The notes under the pieces: generated by a model
Seen by the model: the letters and a program-made list of their open reading frames with translations, nothing else
What the model was told of the DNA's origin: nothing
Database searches by the model: none
Program-made: the position numbers and the translations under genes
Shown here: piece by piece, positions 34,850 to 44,403 of the stretch
Numbering within the stretch: position 1 is the first letter of the stretch
Layout of the letters: the number at the start of each line of letters is the position of its first letter
Source: Eubacteriales bacterium
GTDB taxonomy: Bacteria > Bacillota > Clostridia > Lachnospirales > Lachnospiraceae
Length of the DNA: 64,000 nt
NCBI GenBank assembly: GCA_030539395.1
Contig: JAUNSC010000012.1
Coordinates: forward strand, 10,390-74,389
Reading direction: 5' to 3'

Positions 34850-35965
34850 CTATGACTGTAAATCAACGTTAATTACCGGACGGATAAAAAATGTATTCCA
34901 ATCTACCGGACAGCCATACTCCATAATACCATGTTCATTTGTCATATATACAACCGTATCCGGTGCATTTCCTGGTGTACGAAGCAGCCAGTTAAGATTA
35001 AATTTGAACATCTCCTGATACTCGACTGCTTCAGACATACTTAACAAATATACATAATCCTGTGTATCATTGCCACCATCCGTATGGTAAACCTCATTGT
35101 CCTCATTTTCCACATCTGTCAGGAGTATCTGTTCCCTTTCAAGTTCATTAAATCCATTCTCCAGGAAATCGCTGTTTAACCATTCTCTCAGAGAAGACTC
35201 CTCCCATGTCACAGGCTCATTTTTTTCGTGATACTGAACCGCTTTCAGTTCATCATACTTCTCCACCTGAACAGCAAGAAGCGTAGCACTGTTTTCATCC
35301 TTATCCAAAATGACCCATCTGTACTTGCCGAATTCGACTTCATCACCATTCTTTGCCTTCCGCATAATCTCAACAGCTCTTCTTCGGTTCTTCTCCTTCT
35401 TCATCTCTGTACAAAGCTGTGCTTTTTCCAAACTGTCCCGGTATCCGCTCAATGCTTCATACACATTCTTTGCTTCATCATATTTTTCCTCGGAAAATAA
35501 TCCTTCTGCTTCACGGTATTTCCATATTGGTTGATTAGACAGACATATTGCTGCTATTACCACTATCGCCACCACTGCCGAAGCAATCCAGATAAAAAGA
35601 GTATTTTTTTTCTTAATTGTACTATTTTTCTCAAGGCATTTCATGGCAAGCTCATCCGCATCCTTGTATCCGCTGATTCGCTGAAACATATCGGCTGCGA
35701 GTTTACGTTCCGCTTCTTTAACCGCATGATCCATCTTTTCACACGCGCTCTGATAGAGCCGCTCATTGCCTTCCTCCAATATCTGAACAGCTTTTGAAGC
35801 ATACTCCCTGGAAAGCTTTTGGGCATCCTGATAATCTCCCGCAGCCTCCATCTCTTTCGCTGCCTCTTCGTAAACCTCTGAAATATCTTTTGGCTGAATC
35901 AGCACTTGCACTGTTTCCAGAAGCTCCTGGGCCTTTTTGTAATGATTTTCGCATTCTGCACCCAT
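34850..35965 (-). CDS. Single-pass membrane protein of unknown function (cytoplasmic helical repeats, extracellular domain)
   Basis: 371 aa. It has repeated GDYQDA/GYKDAD/GYRDSLEKA helical motifs and one TM (LFIWIASAVVAIVVIAAICL). The C-terminal domain carries WVILDKD, WEESSLREWLN, YVYLLSMSEA and LLRTPG. No function can be assigned from sequence. Confidence 0.5.
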   Translation of the reverse strand: MGAECENHYKKAQELLETVQVLIQPKDISEVYEEAAKEMEAAGDYQDAQKLSREYASKAVQILEEGNERLYQSACEKMDHAVKEAERKLAADMFQRISGYKDADELAMKCLEKNSTIKKKNTLFIWIASAVVAIVVIAAICLSNQPIWKYREAEGLFSEEKYDEAKNVYEALSGYRDSLEKAQLCTEMKKEKNRRRAVEIMRKAKNGDEVEFGKYRWVILDKDENSATLLAVQVEKYDELKAVQYHEKNEPVTWEESSLREWLNSDFLENGFNELEREQILLTDVENEDNEVYHTDGGNDTQDYVYLLSMSEAVEYQEMFKFNLNWLLRTPGNAPDTVVYMTNEHGIMEYGCPVDWNTFFIRPVINVDLQS

Positions 35966-35982
35966 TGTTCCACCCCAATCTA

Positions 35983-36720
35983 TTATAATGTTTTCTTCTC
36001 ATAGACTCTGGCTACTTTATCCGTATCACCATAAGCAATCATCTGTCCATGATCCAGAATCATCGCCTTATCACAAAGCATTTCCACCTGATCTAATGAA
36101 TGAGACACAAATAAAACTGTGACCCCTTTATCAAACATTTCCATCACGCGGCGCTCACTCTTTTTCCTGAATTTGGCATCTCCCACAGATAAAACTTCAT
36201 CCAAAATCAAAATATCCGGTTCCACCACCGTGGCAATAGAAAATCCCAATCTGGCCTTCATTCCGGACGAATAATTTTTCAGCGGTACATCAATGAATTT
36301 TTGTAATTCAGAAAATTCCACAATCTCATCATATTTCGATTCCAGAAACTGTCTGGAAAGGCCTAAAACAGAGCCGTACAGAAAAATATTTTCCGATCCT
36401 GTATATTGAGGATCAAATCCCGCACCAAGTTCCAGCAACGGTGCTATCTTTCCATGCCGTTCCACTGTTCCTGATGACGGCTTGTATACCCCTGCAATAA
36501 TTTTCAGCAAAGTACTCTTTCCGGCTCCGTTAAGTCCCAGTATTCCAAGCCGCTCACCTTTTTTCAATTCAAAAGAAATGTTGCGGAGCGCCCAAAATTC
36601 ATCATACTGTATTTCTCTTTTCAAAAATTTTATTACATATTCTTTCAGACTGTCATTCTTTTCCCTGCTCAGATTAAACCGAATGCTGACATCATCTACT
36701 TTTAACGCTGTTTTTCCCAT
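35983..36720 (-). CDS. tagH: Teichoic-acid/polysaccharide ABC exporter ATP-binding protein (no C-terminal binding domain)
   Basis: 245 aa; Walker A GLNGAGKST, signature YSSGMKARLGFS and Walker B ILILDEVLSVGD. It ends directly after the NBD. Confidence 0.85.
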   Translation of the reverse strand: MGKTALKVDDVSIRFNLSREKNDSLKEYVIKFLKREIQYDEFWALRNISFELKKGERLGILGLNGAGKSTLLKIIAGVYKPSSGTVERHGKIAPLLELGAGFDPQYTGSENIFLYGSVLGLSRQFLESKYDEIVEFSELQKFIDVPLKNYSSGMKARLGFSIATVVEPDILILDEVLSVGDAKFRKKSERRVMEMFDKGVTVLFVSHSLDQVEMLCDKAMILDHGQMIAYGDTDKVARVYEKKTL

Positions 36721-36729
36721 TTTTATCTC

Positions 36730-37509
36730 CTAAATATGAAGCACAAATTTGTCCTGCTCTTTATAGAACACACCAAACCCAATCACAATTGAAACCAGAC
36801 TGAACACAAACGCATAAATCGCATATTCTATATTCATAGGTTCTCCGAACACTGCAGACCGGAAGTTTGCAATAATGCAGTATAGCGGATTATATTTCAG
36901 CACATAGCTGTAACCGGATGTCAACAGTCGCTCCGGATAATAGAAAATTGCACACATATACATGATCAGCATCAGCGCCACGTTCCACAGATATTCCAGA
37001 TCACGGAAAAAAACAGAAAACGTACCCAGAATCATACCTACGCCCAATGATAAAAGCAGGATTGTGATCATCGGAACAATGCCCTGCAAAAGATATATTG
37101 TCGGTCGGATTTTCAAAGCAAGAGCCACTACAAACAAAACAATCAATGACAGTAAAAAGATTACATAATTGAACAAAACGCTTGACAGCGGATACAGATA
37201 TTTCGGTACATACACCTTTTTAATCATAGCGCCGTTAGCGCGGATTGCTTTCATGGCACCTGTGGTAGCGCTTGAAAACATAGAATACAAAAGCCGTCCG
37301 CACAGAATATAGACCGGAAACGTCGTTTCTTTGTTTCCAAGCAATGTGCCAAACACTACTGTCAAAACAACCATTGTCAGCAGCGGTTCTATTAAAGTCC
37401 AAATCAATCCGAGATATGATCTTCTATATTTTAAGGTAATCCCCTTTTTTACCAGTTCCATCAATAAATATCTATATTTTTTAAATCCAGCAATAGCTCT
37501 TCTTACCAT
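36730..37509 (-). CDS. tagG: ABC-2 type teichoic-acid/polysaccharide exporter permease
   Basis: 259 aa, six TM segments; KKGITLKYRRSYLGLIWTLIEPL is the ABC-2 N-terminal motif. Confidence 0.85.
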   Translation of the reverse strand: MVRRAIAGFKKYRYLLMELVKKGITLKYRRSYLGLIWTLIEPLLTMVVLTVVFGTLLGNKETTFPVYILCGRLLYSMFSSATTGAMKAIRANGAMIKKVYVPKYLYPLSSVLFNYVIFLLSLIVLFVVALALKIRPTIYLLQGIVPMITILLLSLGVGMILGTFSVFFRDLEYLWNVALMLIMYMCAIFYYPERLLTSGYSYVLKYNPLYCIIANFRSAVFGEPMNIEYAIYAFVFSLVSIVIGFGVFYKEQDKFVLHI

Positions 37510-37563
37510 ATTGCCTTATCCCTCCATACCGCATATTCCATTCTTCCGCGGGACTGTATAACT

Positions 37564-38769
37564 TCAATTGCCCAACACCATTTCCAAAATCCTCTGTGTC
37601 GATTTTCCATCACAGGAACTCATAAACTTCTCACGAAAATCAACTATTTTCTGACGATCAAATTTTGTTTTCAGATTTTCTATATAATCTATGATATCTT
37701 CTGTTGTTTTACAGACCGGTCCGGGCGTCATCTCGCTGTAATCATAATAGAATCCCCGCCAGTCAAAATATTCGTCAAGATCATATGCAAAAAACAGCAT
37801 CGGCCGTTCAAATAAAGAATACTCAAATATCAATGAAGAATAATCTGAAATGCAGATATCACTGACCATCAGCAATTCTTCAATTGTCAAAATGTCTGTA
37901 ACATCAATAGAAAAATCCTGCACTTCTTTCGATATTTCCGGACGTTGTTTTACAAATGGATGATGTTTATTTAAAATAACATATTCATCACCCAAAGCCT
38001 TTTTCATCTTTACCAGATTCATCTTATCCGGTGATTCAGCACAGGCCACTCTTCCTCTGAATGTCGGTGCATAAAGGATGATCTTTTTATTGCAGCTTTG
38101 CGGCACCAGCTGATGTACTTTTTCATAAGCAGCCTGAATCTTCCCCTTATCAAAAAAGACATCTGTACGGCTGATTCCGGCAGCAACAATATTTTCTTTT
38201 TTATCTTCCATATGAAAAGCTTCTGCATAAGCCCATATCACTTCCGGACTGCTGACTGTTACCAGAGAGAAATTTTTATGAAGCGGAAATTGTTCCAGTT
38301 CTTTTCTGCTTCCGCCAAAAATTTTATCCGCCGTACTGTATCCAAATTTTTTAAATGCTCCGCAGGCATGCCACAATTGAACAATCTTTGTTTCCGGCCG
38401 CGGCTCAATACAACTCACCAGCGTGGTAGAATCATTAATAAATACGTATTTTGCTGTTGCTATTTCTTTTATAAATGCAGCATTATTTTTCCACTGCTCC
38501 CATCTGCCAAGTCTCCCTTCGCCGATAAAGCAGGAAACCAGTTCTATATCTCCTCTTTTTTTCAGTTCCTCATATACCAGTTCGAAATTATCCGACAACT
38601 GTACACCACGTCTTTCCAGAAATACCGCTTTCTCTTTTACCGGTTTCCTGCTCTCTTTTTGGTAAATAGCCGGATATCTGAACTTTAACGTATAACATTT
38701 ATGCATACGTCCAATCACTCTTCGCGCTCTCCATGCTATTCCATGAATAATTTTCTTAACCAATCTCAT
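37564..38769 (-). CDS. CDP-alditol:polyol-phosphate transferase, TagB/TagF/TarL family (short form)
   Basis: 401 aa; QLWHACGAFKKFGYS (His), ILYAPTFRG and ISDYSSLIFEYSLFERPMLFFAYDLDEY are diagnostic of the Glyphos_transf family. Confidence 0.85.
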   Translation of the reverse strand: MRLVKKIIHGIAWRARRVIGRMHKCYTLKFRYPAIYQKESRKPVKEKAVFLERRGVQLSDNFELVYEELKKRGDIELVSCFIGEGRLGRWEQWKNNAAFIKEIATAKYVFINDSTTLVSCIEPRPETKIVQLWHACGAFKKFGYSTADKIFGGSRKELEQFPLHKNFSLVTVSSPEVIWAYAEAFHMEDKKENIVAAGISRTDVFFDKGKIQAAYEKVHQLVPQSCNKKIILYAPTFRGRVACAESPDKMNLVKMKKALGDEYVILNKHHPFVKQRPEISKEVQDFSIDVTDILTIEELLMVSDICISDYSSLIFEYSLFERPMLFFAYDLDEYFDWRGFYYDYSEMTPGPVCKTTEDIIDYIENLKTKFDRQKIVDFREKFMSSCDGKSTQRILEMVLGN

Positions 38770-38778
38770 TTTTTTCCT

Positions 38779-39804
38779 CTATTCATTCCAAATCATTACA
38801 GTCTTACCGATCATTTTATGGATATCCGTCTCAAATGCCTTTGTAAGGTCTTTTATATTGTGAACAACAAACTGAGTTCCCACAATATTTTCCAGATAAA
38901 ATGGGATGTCGGGATTTTCCTTATACAATTTCATAAGACCTTCATAATCTTTTCTTCCACTGCGGCTGCTTCCAAAAATATGCAATCCCTTTTCCAGAAC
39001 CATTCTTGTATTAATCGGCACCGGATCTTCACTTACTCCGAGGATACTTATTGTTCCCTCCGGCATAATATAATCAATCATCTGATTGATTGCTTTTCCG
39101 CTTCCTCCGCCGCCAACACATTCAAAAGCATGATCTATATAAATATCATCCGGTATCTCAGATACGGAAAATGTATCATCCACAAAAGAAAAGTCATTCA
39201 TTTTTTCCTGATTTACACCAAAAACATATATCCTGGAATCGGGAAGCATTTTTTTTAAAAGGAGCGATGTTATATAGCCAAGGTTTCCATCTCCCCATAC
39301 TCCAATCGCAGTTCTTCTTCCATGAGAAAAACGAAGAAATCTTGAAATGGCATGATAACTGACGCTTACAATTTCTGTAAATGCCGCCGTAATCTTATCA
39401 ATTCCCTCCGGCAATCTCACTACTCTGTCCGGCAGCAGGGAAACATACTCCTGCATAAACCCGTCTTTACTGCTGCCGCAAAACTTTGTAGAGCGCAGAT
39501 AGTTCTCGGCAATATAATCATCTTCCTCGGCAGGATGATTTGGTATCATCACTACTTCTGAACCAATTTCATATGTTCCGGTCGGATCATATACCACGTT
39601 TCCGATTCCTTCATGAATCAGCGCCATCGGAAGTTTTGCACGCATCACTTCTTCCGGACGCGTCCCCTGATAATAGCGCTGATCTGCATGACAGATGGAT
39701 AAATGCGTAGGTCTTACAATAAGATGCCGGTCATCCAGCTCTACGTTCTTAAAAACAGCTTCAAATTGTCTGGGCGCTTTCAGCTGATATACTGTATTTA
39801 ACAT
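38779..39804 (-). CDS. tarJ: Ribulose-5-phosphate reductase (ribitol-5-phosphate 2-dehydrogenase)
   Basis: 341 aa. MLNTVYQLKAPRQFE..IVRPTHLSICHADQRYYQGTR..KLPMALIHEGIG closely parallels my recollection of S. aureus TarJ. It overlaps tarI by 7 nt. Confidence 0.88.
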   Translation of the reverse strand: MLNTVYQLKAPRQFEAVFKNVELDDRHLIVRPTHLSICHADQRYYQGTRPEEVMRAKLPMALIHEGIGNVVYDPTGTYEIGSEVVMIPNHPAEEDDYIAENYLRSTKFCGSSKDGFMQEYVSLLPDRVVRLPEGIDKITAAFTEIVSVSYHAISRFLRFSHGRRTAIGVWGDGNLGYITSLLLKKMLPDSRIYVFGVNQEKMNDFSFVDDTFSVSEIPDDIYIDHAFECVGGGGSGKAINQMIDYIMPEGTISILGVSEDPVPINTRMVLEKGLHIFGSSRSGRKDYEGLMKLYKENPDIPFYLENIVGTQFVVHNIKDLTKAFETDIHKMIGKTVMIWNE

Positions 39805-40523
39805 GAAGCATCTCCTCCAAGAAGGGATTCTGCCACACGAAGATCGTTAGGATATGTTATCTTTATATTAAAGACTTCTCCGTTCACCAGTTCCACTTTT
39901 TCACCTTTTAGTACATAAATTTTACACGCATCTGTCAAAATCGCTTTTTCTTCTTCTGACAAAGCCCCATAGACATCACGCAATTTTTTTGCTTTGAAAC
40001 TCTGCGGAGTCTGACCCTGATACATGCAAGATCTGTCCGGAATATTTGTGATAAACTTATGATCGCAGCTTTCTACTATTGTATCTGTTGCAGGAATTAC
40101 AGTATCACAGGCTCCCGTTTTTTTCGCCATACGAATATTATCTTCCAGAATACGATGAGTTACAAATGGCCGTACCGAATCGTGTGTCACAATAATTGTT
40201 TCATCATCCAGACCATATTTATTTTCAATATGATTAATAGAATTCATGATTGTCTCATTGCGTGTCTCACCACCCTGAATCACATCTATCCTGTCACCTT
40301 GCAAAATAAATTTGCGGATCATATCCTGAGTATGTTTTACCCACTGACGCGGAGTAAGAACAATAATTCTCTCAAACTGCGGATTCAGCACAAACTTTTC
40401 TATTGTGTGGATAATGATGGGTTTCTTCCCGATTTCCATAAATTGCTTGGGCTTTTCCACATTTCCCATACGGCTTCCGATTCCGCCTGCAAGTATAACT
40501 CCAAACACATTCGTTTTTTTCAT
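39798..40523 (-). CDS. tarI: Ribitol-5-phosphate cytidylyltransferase (IspD family)
   Basis: 241 aa; VILAGGIGSRMG..KPKQF, THDSVRPF and its pairing with tarJ. Confidence 0.88.
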   Translation of the reverse strand: MKKTNVFGVILAGGIGSRMGNVEKPKQFMEIGKKPIIIHTIEKFVLNPQFERIIVLTPRQWVKHTQDMIRKFILQGDRIDVIQGGETRNETIMNSINHIENKYGLDDETIIVTHDSVRPFVTHRILEDNIRMAKKTGACDTVIPATDTIVESCDHKFITNIPDRSCMYQGQTPQSFKAKKLRDVYGALSEEEKAILTDACKIYVLKGEKVELVNGEVFNIKITYPNDLRVAESLLGGDASC

Positions 40524-40540
40524 ATTTTATTCCTCCTGAT

Positions 40541-41719
40541 CTAAGTCAAAAGCTTTTCCATGATCCGCTCTGTAGCATGTCCGTCACACGCCCCCATATA
40601 AGTGTCAAACGTCTTTTCCATCTTTGTCAGGTCATACTCCTTCAACTCTTTCATAACCCCGGAATACAACTCTCTCTCATCTGTTACCAGTGTTCCCGGA
40701 AGGGAATGGTAATCCATATAAAATCCCCGTTTTTTCTCATAAATGTCCAAATCCGGTGCAAATAAAACCAAAGGCCGCCGGAAAATCAAATAATCAAAAA
40801 GTATTGATGAATAATCCGTTATCAGCAAATCGGTTACCACCAGGAGTTCCTCCGCTGTCATCCCTGGTTTTGGCTCATCTTTCGACATAAGATGGGGGTG
40901 AAGGCTCTTGATCAAATAATATCCCTCATCCAGTCTCCCGGCCAGATCATCCACTGCTTCTTCTCCGCATACCCGTGCCATAGCCGCATTTCCCCGAAAT
41001 GTAGGTGCCCAGAGAATCACTTTCTTTCCCTGCGCCTGTGGATATTCTTTTTTAAAACGACTTCTGACATTTTCCAAAAAATCTGTCCGATAATAAAAAT
41101 CTGTCCGGCTAATACCGGACGCCAAAAATCTTTCTTTCGGGAGCTTCATAGCACTGGAAAAATGTGGAACACACCACTTTGAGCTCACAGTAACATAATC
41201 GCAATTTTTTAAAACATTTCCTTTATAATAGGAAGGTATATCTTCCGTTGTATCATAGCCAAACTTTTTCAGAGCACCGCAGGCATGCCACAATTGAATA
41301 ACAGTTGTCTCCGGCCTTTTTTTACAGGATGCTACCGGAAGAAAATTATCACAGATTACCACACACCGCGCATTGGCATATACTTTCATAAAGTGTATCA
41401 TATTTTTCATATTGGCCGGAAAGGAATCTTTTCCATAATCAGAAACCATGATTTCCGTACACATTCCAGCCTTTTTCATCTCTTCATAGAGACATCTCAT
41501 GCTAAAAGGTAATTCAGTATGATGGGCATCCGCAAACAGGACAACATTGCTGTTTATTTCTTTTCGGCAATAAATCCGATAAACTGCCGGCAAAAAAATA
41601 TTTTGCACTCCCATTTTTAAATATTGTTTTATTATAAATTTTATATTCACTATACTACTCCTGCACATCAGTATTCCCACTTTATGCCACGAAATATTTC
41701 CAGATTCCATGAATTGCAT
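40541..41719 (-). CDS. CDP-alditol:polyol-phosphate transferase, TagB/TagF/TarL family (short form, second copy)
   Basis: 392 aa; QLWHACGALKKFGYD, ILWAPTFRGNA and ITDYSSILFDYLIFRRPLVLFAPDLDIYE. The track start overlaps the upstream GT2 by 38 nt, so the real start is probably the internal ATG near 41668 (MCRSSIVNIKF). Confidence 0.85.
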   Translation of the reverse strand: MQFMESGNISWHKVGILMCRSSIVNIKFIIKQYLKMGVQNIFLPAVYRIYCRKEINSNVVLFADAHHTELPFSMRCLYEEMKKAGMCTEIMVSDYGKDSFPANMKNMIHFMKVYANARCVVICDNFLPVASCKKRPETTVIQLWHACGALKKFGYDTTEDIPSYYKGNVLKNCDYVTVSSKWCVPHFSSAMKLPKERFLASGISRTDFYYRTDFLENVRSRFKKEYPQAQGKKVILWAPTFRGNAAMARVCGEEAVDDLAGRLDEGYYLIKSLHPHLMSKDEPKPGMTAEELLVVTDLLITDYSSILFDYLIFRRPLVLFAPDLDIYEKKRGFYMDYHSLPGTLVTDERELYSGVMKELKEYDLTKMEKTFDTYMGACDGHATERIMEKLLT

Positions 41720-42458
41720 AACAACAGAAATACCATATGGACTTTATAATGCCAAAGCCTGCATATCGGTATACCTTAAAAGTCATCCCCGCTGACTTTA
41801 GCTTATTTCCTGATTTTCCCTTCGCGCTCAGCCTATATTTTAACAGAGGTTCATTGATACCGCAAGCCTTTTGATGTTTTTTCAGTATCTCAAGCCACAG
41901 GATATAATCCTCGTGACTGTCTTCATGAACCATCTCATACTGCTTTATAATATCAGATTTAATAAGTACAGACGAGCAATTTATACTGTTATGATGAAGC
42001 AGATTCTGGTAGGTAATGATTTCTTTTACAGGAATCACCTTTCCTGTCGGTTCACCCTCTAAAGTCACCAATTCACGTGCAGTACAGCAAAGGATTGTTT
42101 CCGTTTTCTCAATACATGAAATCTGTTTTTGCAGTTTACCCGGTTCCCACCAGTCATCCGCATCAAGAAAGGCAACATATTCCCCGGAAGCCATTGCAAT
42201 TCCTCTGTTCCGGCTGGCTGCCGCCCCCATATTTTTCTCATTTTTTATATAACAAACAGCGGGGTTATCTTTATACCCCGCTAATTTGTTTTCCAGTCCG
42301 TCCTGGGAGCCATCATCAATTACAATGAGCTCCAAATCCACTTTCTGTGCAAGTACAGAATCTACAGCTTTACAAATTGTACCGGCACAATTATATGCCG
42401 GCATTATAACAGAAACAATCGGTTTGGTCATCAAACTTTCCGCCATCCTGCAAATCAT
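41682..42458 (-). CDS. Family-2 glycosyltransferase (first gene of operon 2)
   Basis: 258 aa; IVSVIMPAYNCAGTICKAVDSVLAQK, VIDDGSQDG, GAAASRNRGI and FLDADD. The predicted TSS is almost on the first ATG, so the true start is likely ATG 42431 (MTKPIVSV). Confidence 0.8.
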   Translation of the reverse strand: MICRMAESLMTKPIVSVIMPAYNCAGTICKAVDSVLAQKVDLELIVIDDGSQDGLENKLAGYKDNPAVCYIKNEKNMGAAASRNRGIAMASGEYVAFLDADDWWEPGKLQKQISCIEKTETILCCTARELVTLEGEPTGKVIPVKEIITYQNLLHHNSINCSSVLIKSDIIKQYEMVHEDSHEDYILWLEILKKHQKACGINEPLLKYRLSAKGKSGNKLKSAGMTFKVYRYAGFGIIKSIWYFCCYAIHGIWKYFVA

Positions 42459-42467
42459 ATTTGCTAC

Positions 42468-42496
42468 ATTCTATCATATCCAAAATATCTTTTCAA
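42468..42496 (-). promoter_or_regulatory. Predicted sigma-A promoter of operon 2 (TTGAAA -17- TGaTAGAAT)
   Basis: On the minus strand, -35 TTGAAA is at 42496-42491, followed by a 17-nt spacer. The -10 TAGAAT is at 42473-42468 and is preceded by TGA. Read by eye. Confidence 0.5.
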
Positions 42497-42511
42497 CCAT
42501 GCAAAATCGGA

Positions 42512-42540
42512 TTGTAACACTGCGCTTTATCTGATATAAT
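42512..42540 (+). promoter_or_regulatory. Predicted sigma-A promoter of the SGNH/Big_2 gene (TTGTAA -17- TATAAT)
   Basis: -35 TTGTAA is at 42512-42517, followed by a 17-nt spacer, and -10 TATAAT is at 42535-42540. SD GGAGG is at 42589-42593 and the ATG at 42605. Confidence 0.55.
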
Positions 42541-42604
42541 ATTAAATAATTATGAACTCTTCTTTGCATCACATTTTTTATAAACAATGGAGGTATATCC
42601 ATAA

Positions 42605-44326
42605 ATGCTACAGATAAAAAAGAAATATCTTATTTTATTTACATTTATTTTCAGTTTTATGATGGCCTTACCGATTTCCGCTGCCAACTTTTTCGATTCA
42701 TTTCCAAAGCGTCTTGCCAGGTCTCAACCAGATCATCCGCGTATTCTGATGATTGGCAATAGTCTTACATATACGCATAATATAGATTCCATGCTCAAAA
42801 ATATCTGTCAAAGTAACGCCATTGATGCCGAAGTTCATCGGATTACCAAAGGCGGTCATGCACTATTTGAATGTATGAGCGAAACAGATGCTCTCCATGA
42901 TAGTATTGTAACTGCACTGTCTACACAAAAGTGGGACTATGTTATCCTTCAGGGCCGAGCTGCTGAACCGGTAGAAAATCCCGCTGAAATGCTTGAAGCA
43001 ATTAAATGGTTTGAACCCCAGATCAAATCTGCCGGGGCACAGATGGTTCTTTACATGACCTGGGTTCCGGAAAATTCAGCTAATTTGAACGCTTTCCAAA
43101 GCGCAGTATCTAAAGTGTATTATGAACTTGGCAATCATTTCAATTGCGCTGTTGCTCCTTCTGGTATTGCCTTTGCCAGAGCAAGGGACCTTTACCCTTC
43201 CATTGATTTGCATTATAATAATACAGACCGCAAACACCCCAGTGTAATCGGCAGCTATTTGTCTGCCTGTACCATTTATGCCACACTATTTAACCGAAGC
43301 CCCTACGGCACTGCATACTATCCCGCCGGCAGATCTCCGGCCACTTGCGCACACATGCAGGCCATCGCCGAAGACGTGACTGTAAATATGGATATTTCAA
43401 GTCACGCGAAGTTAAATTTTTCTTCCAGGGGTTATAGTATTAACAAAGGAAAATCCCTTAAATTATCCTACACTCTTAATAGAGGAGCACGTGTTATCGG
43501 CTGGACTTCAGCAAATCAGTCCGTTGCTGCTGTCAGCAGCTCCGGCACAATTAAAGGTGTTTCCAACGGGCGCACAACAATTACTGCGCTTTTAAATAAC
43601 AACACCACCGTCTCATGCGAAGTAATTGTGACTCCTACCAAATTAACAATGGGCATAAACGAAAAATATACATTGGAATTTCCTGGTAAATATACATGGA
43701 CCTCCTCAAAGAGTTCTGTTGCCGGAATCAAGAAAAACATTATTACTGCATCCAAAAAAGGAACCACTGTTCTGACAGGCAGGGATTCCTCCGGCGTTAC
43801 AATAAAAATCTCTGTCACAGTAAAGGGTGCTCCCACAGCTATTAAGGCAGCAAGTTCAAAAACTATCTATATAGGGCGTCAGTCAAAACTTTCTGCTGCT
43901 GTCAAATCCGGCGTAAGCTTCAGTAAACTGACATTTAAATCCAGTAATCCTGGGATAGTCTCGGTTGATAAAAATGGTATACTCACCGGAAAACGTGTCG
44001 GAAAAGCAAAAATAACAATTAAATCTTACAATGGAAAAAAAGCCGTCTGCACAGTACATTGTGTTATTCCTGCTCAAAAAATATGGTTTAAGAATGCCAG
44101 CTCTCCTATTACACTGAAACGCGGAAAAACAAAGACTTTAAAGGTTGGATTTGCCCCGTCCAATACCACAATAAAAACTATAAAGTGGAAATCCAGCAAC
44201 AAAAAAATCGTTTCCGTTTCATCTAAGGGGAAGATAACGGCTCTAAAAAAGGGAACTGCTACTGTTTCAGCCACTACAACAGATGGTACAAAGAAAGTAA
44301 TTAAACTAAAGATTAAAGTTAAATAA
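42605..44326 (+). CDS. Secreted SGNH/GDSL-like hydrolase (putative glycan esterase) with four C-terminal Big_2 Ig-like domains
   Basis: 573 aa with a signal peptide (LILFTFIFSFMMALPISAANF). SGNH block I is RILMIGNSLTY and block V is DRKHPSVIGSYL (D-x-x-H). Four ~80-aa repeats with the Big_2 pattern follow (e.g. LKLSYTL..WTSANQSVAAVSSSGTIKGVSNGRTTITA). Confidence 0.75.
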   Translation: MLQIKKKYLILFTFIFSFMMALPISAANFFDSFPKRLARSQPDHPRILMIGNSLTYTHNIDSMLKNICQSNAIDAEVHRITKGGHALFECMSETDALHDSIVTALSTQKWDYVILQGRAAEPVENPAEMLEAIKWFEPQIKSAGAQMVLYMTWVPENSANLNAFQSAVSKVYYELGNHFNCAVAPSGIAFARARDLYPSIDLHYNNTDRKHPSVIGSYLSACTIYATLFNRSPYGTAYYPAGRSPATCAHMQAIAEDVTVNMDISSHAKLNFSSRGYSINKGKSLKLSYTLNRGARVIGWTSANQSVAAVSSSGTIKGVSNGRTTITALLNNNTTVSCEVIVTPTKLTMGINEKYTLEFPGKYTWTSSKSSVAGIKKNIITASKKGTTVLTGRDSSGVTIKISVTVKGAPTAIKAASSKTIYIGRQSKLSAAVKSGVSFSKLTFKSSNPGIVSVDKNGILTGKRVGKAKITIKSYNGKKAVCTVHCVIPAQKIWFKNASSPITLKRGKTKTLKVGFAPSNTTIKTIKWKSSNKKIVSVSSKGKITALKKGTATVSATTTDGTKKVIKLKIKVK

Positions 44327-44365
44327 TCATACAAAAAGGCGCTGTCAGGCGCCCTTTTTGTATGA
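44327..44365. terminator. Bidirectional Rho-independent terminator between convergent genes
   Basis: TCATACAAAAAGGCGC-tgtcag-GCGCCCTTTTTGTATGA. It has a GC stem flanked by an A-run and a T-run, so it can terminate both the plus-strand gene and operon 3. Confidence 0.8.
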
Positions 44366-44403
44366 TTATTTAACTCAGCTTTTCATCAGAAATCTGTAAT
44401 TTT

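Noticed and set aside
41682-41719. An apparent 38-nt overlap between the GT2 gene and the downstream TagB/F-family gene, as a possible programmed frameshift or fusion
   Set aside because: It is more simply explained by the track choosing the most upstream start. An in-frame ATG just downstream of the GT2 stop (near 41668, MCRSSIVNIKF) gives an N-terminus that aligns with the paralogue at 37564-38769.
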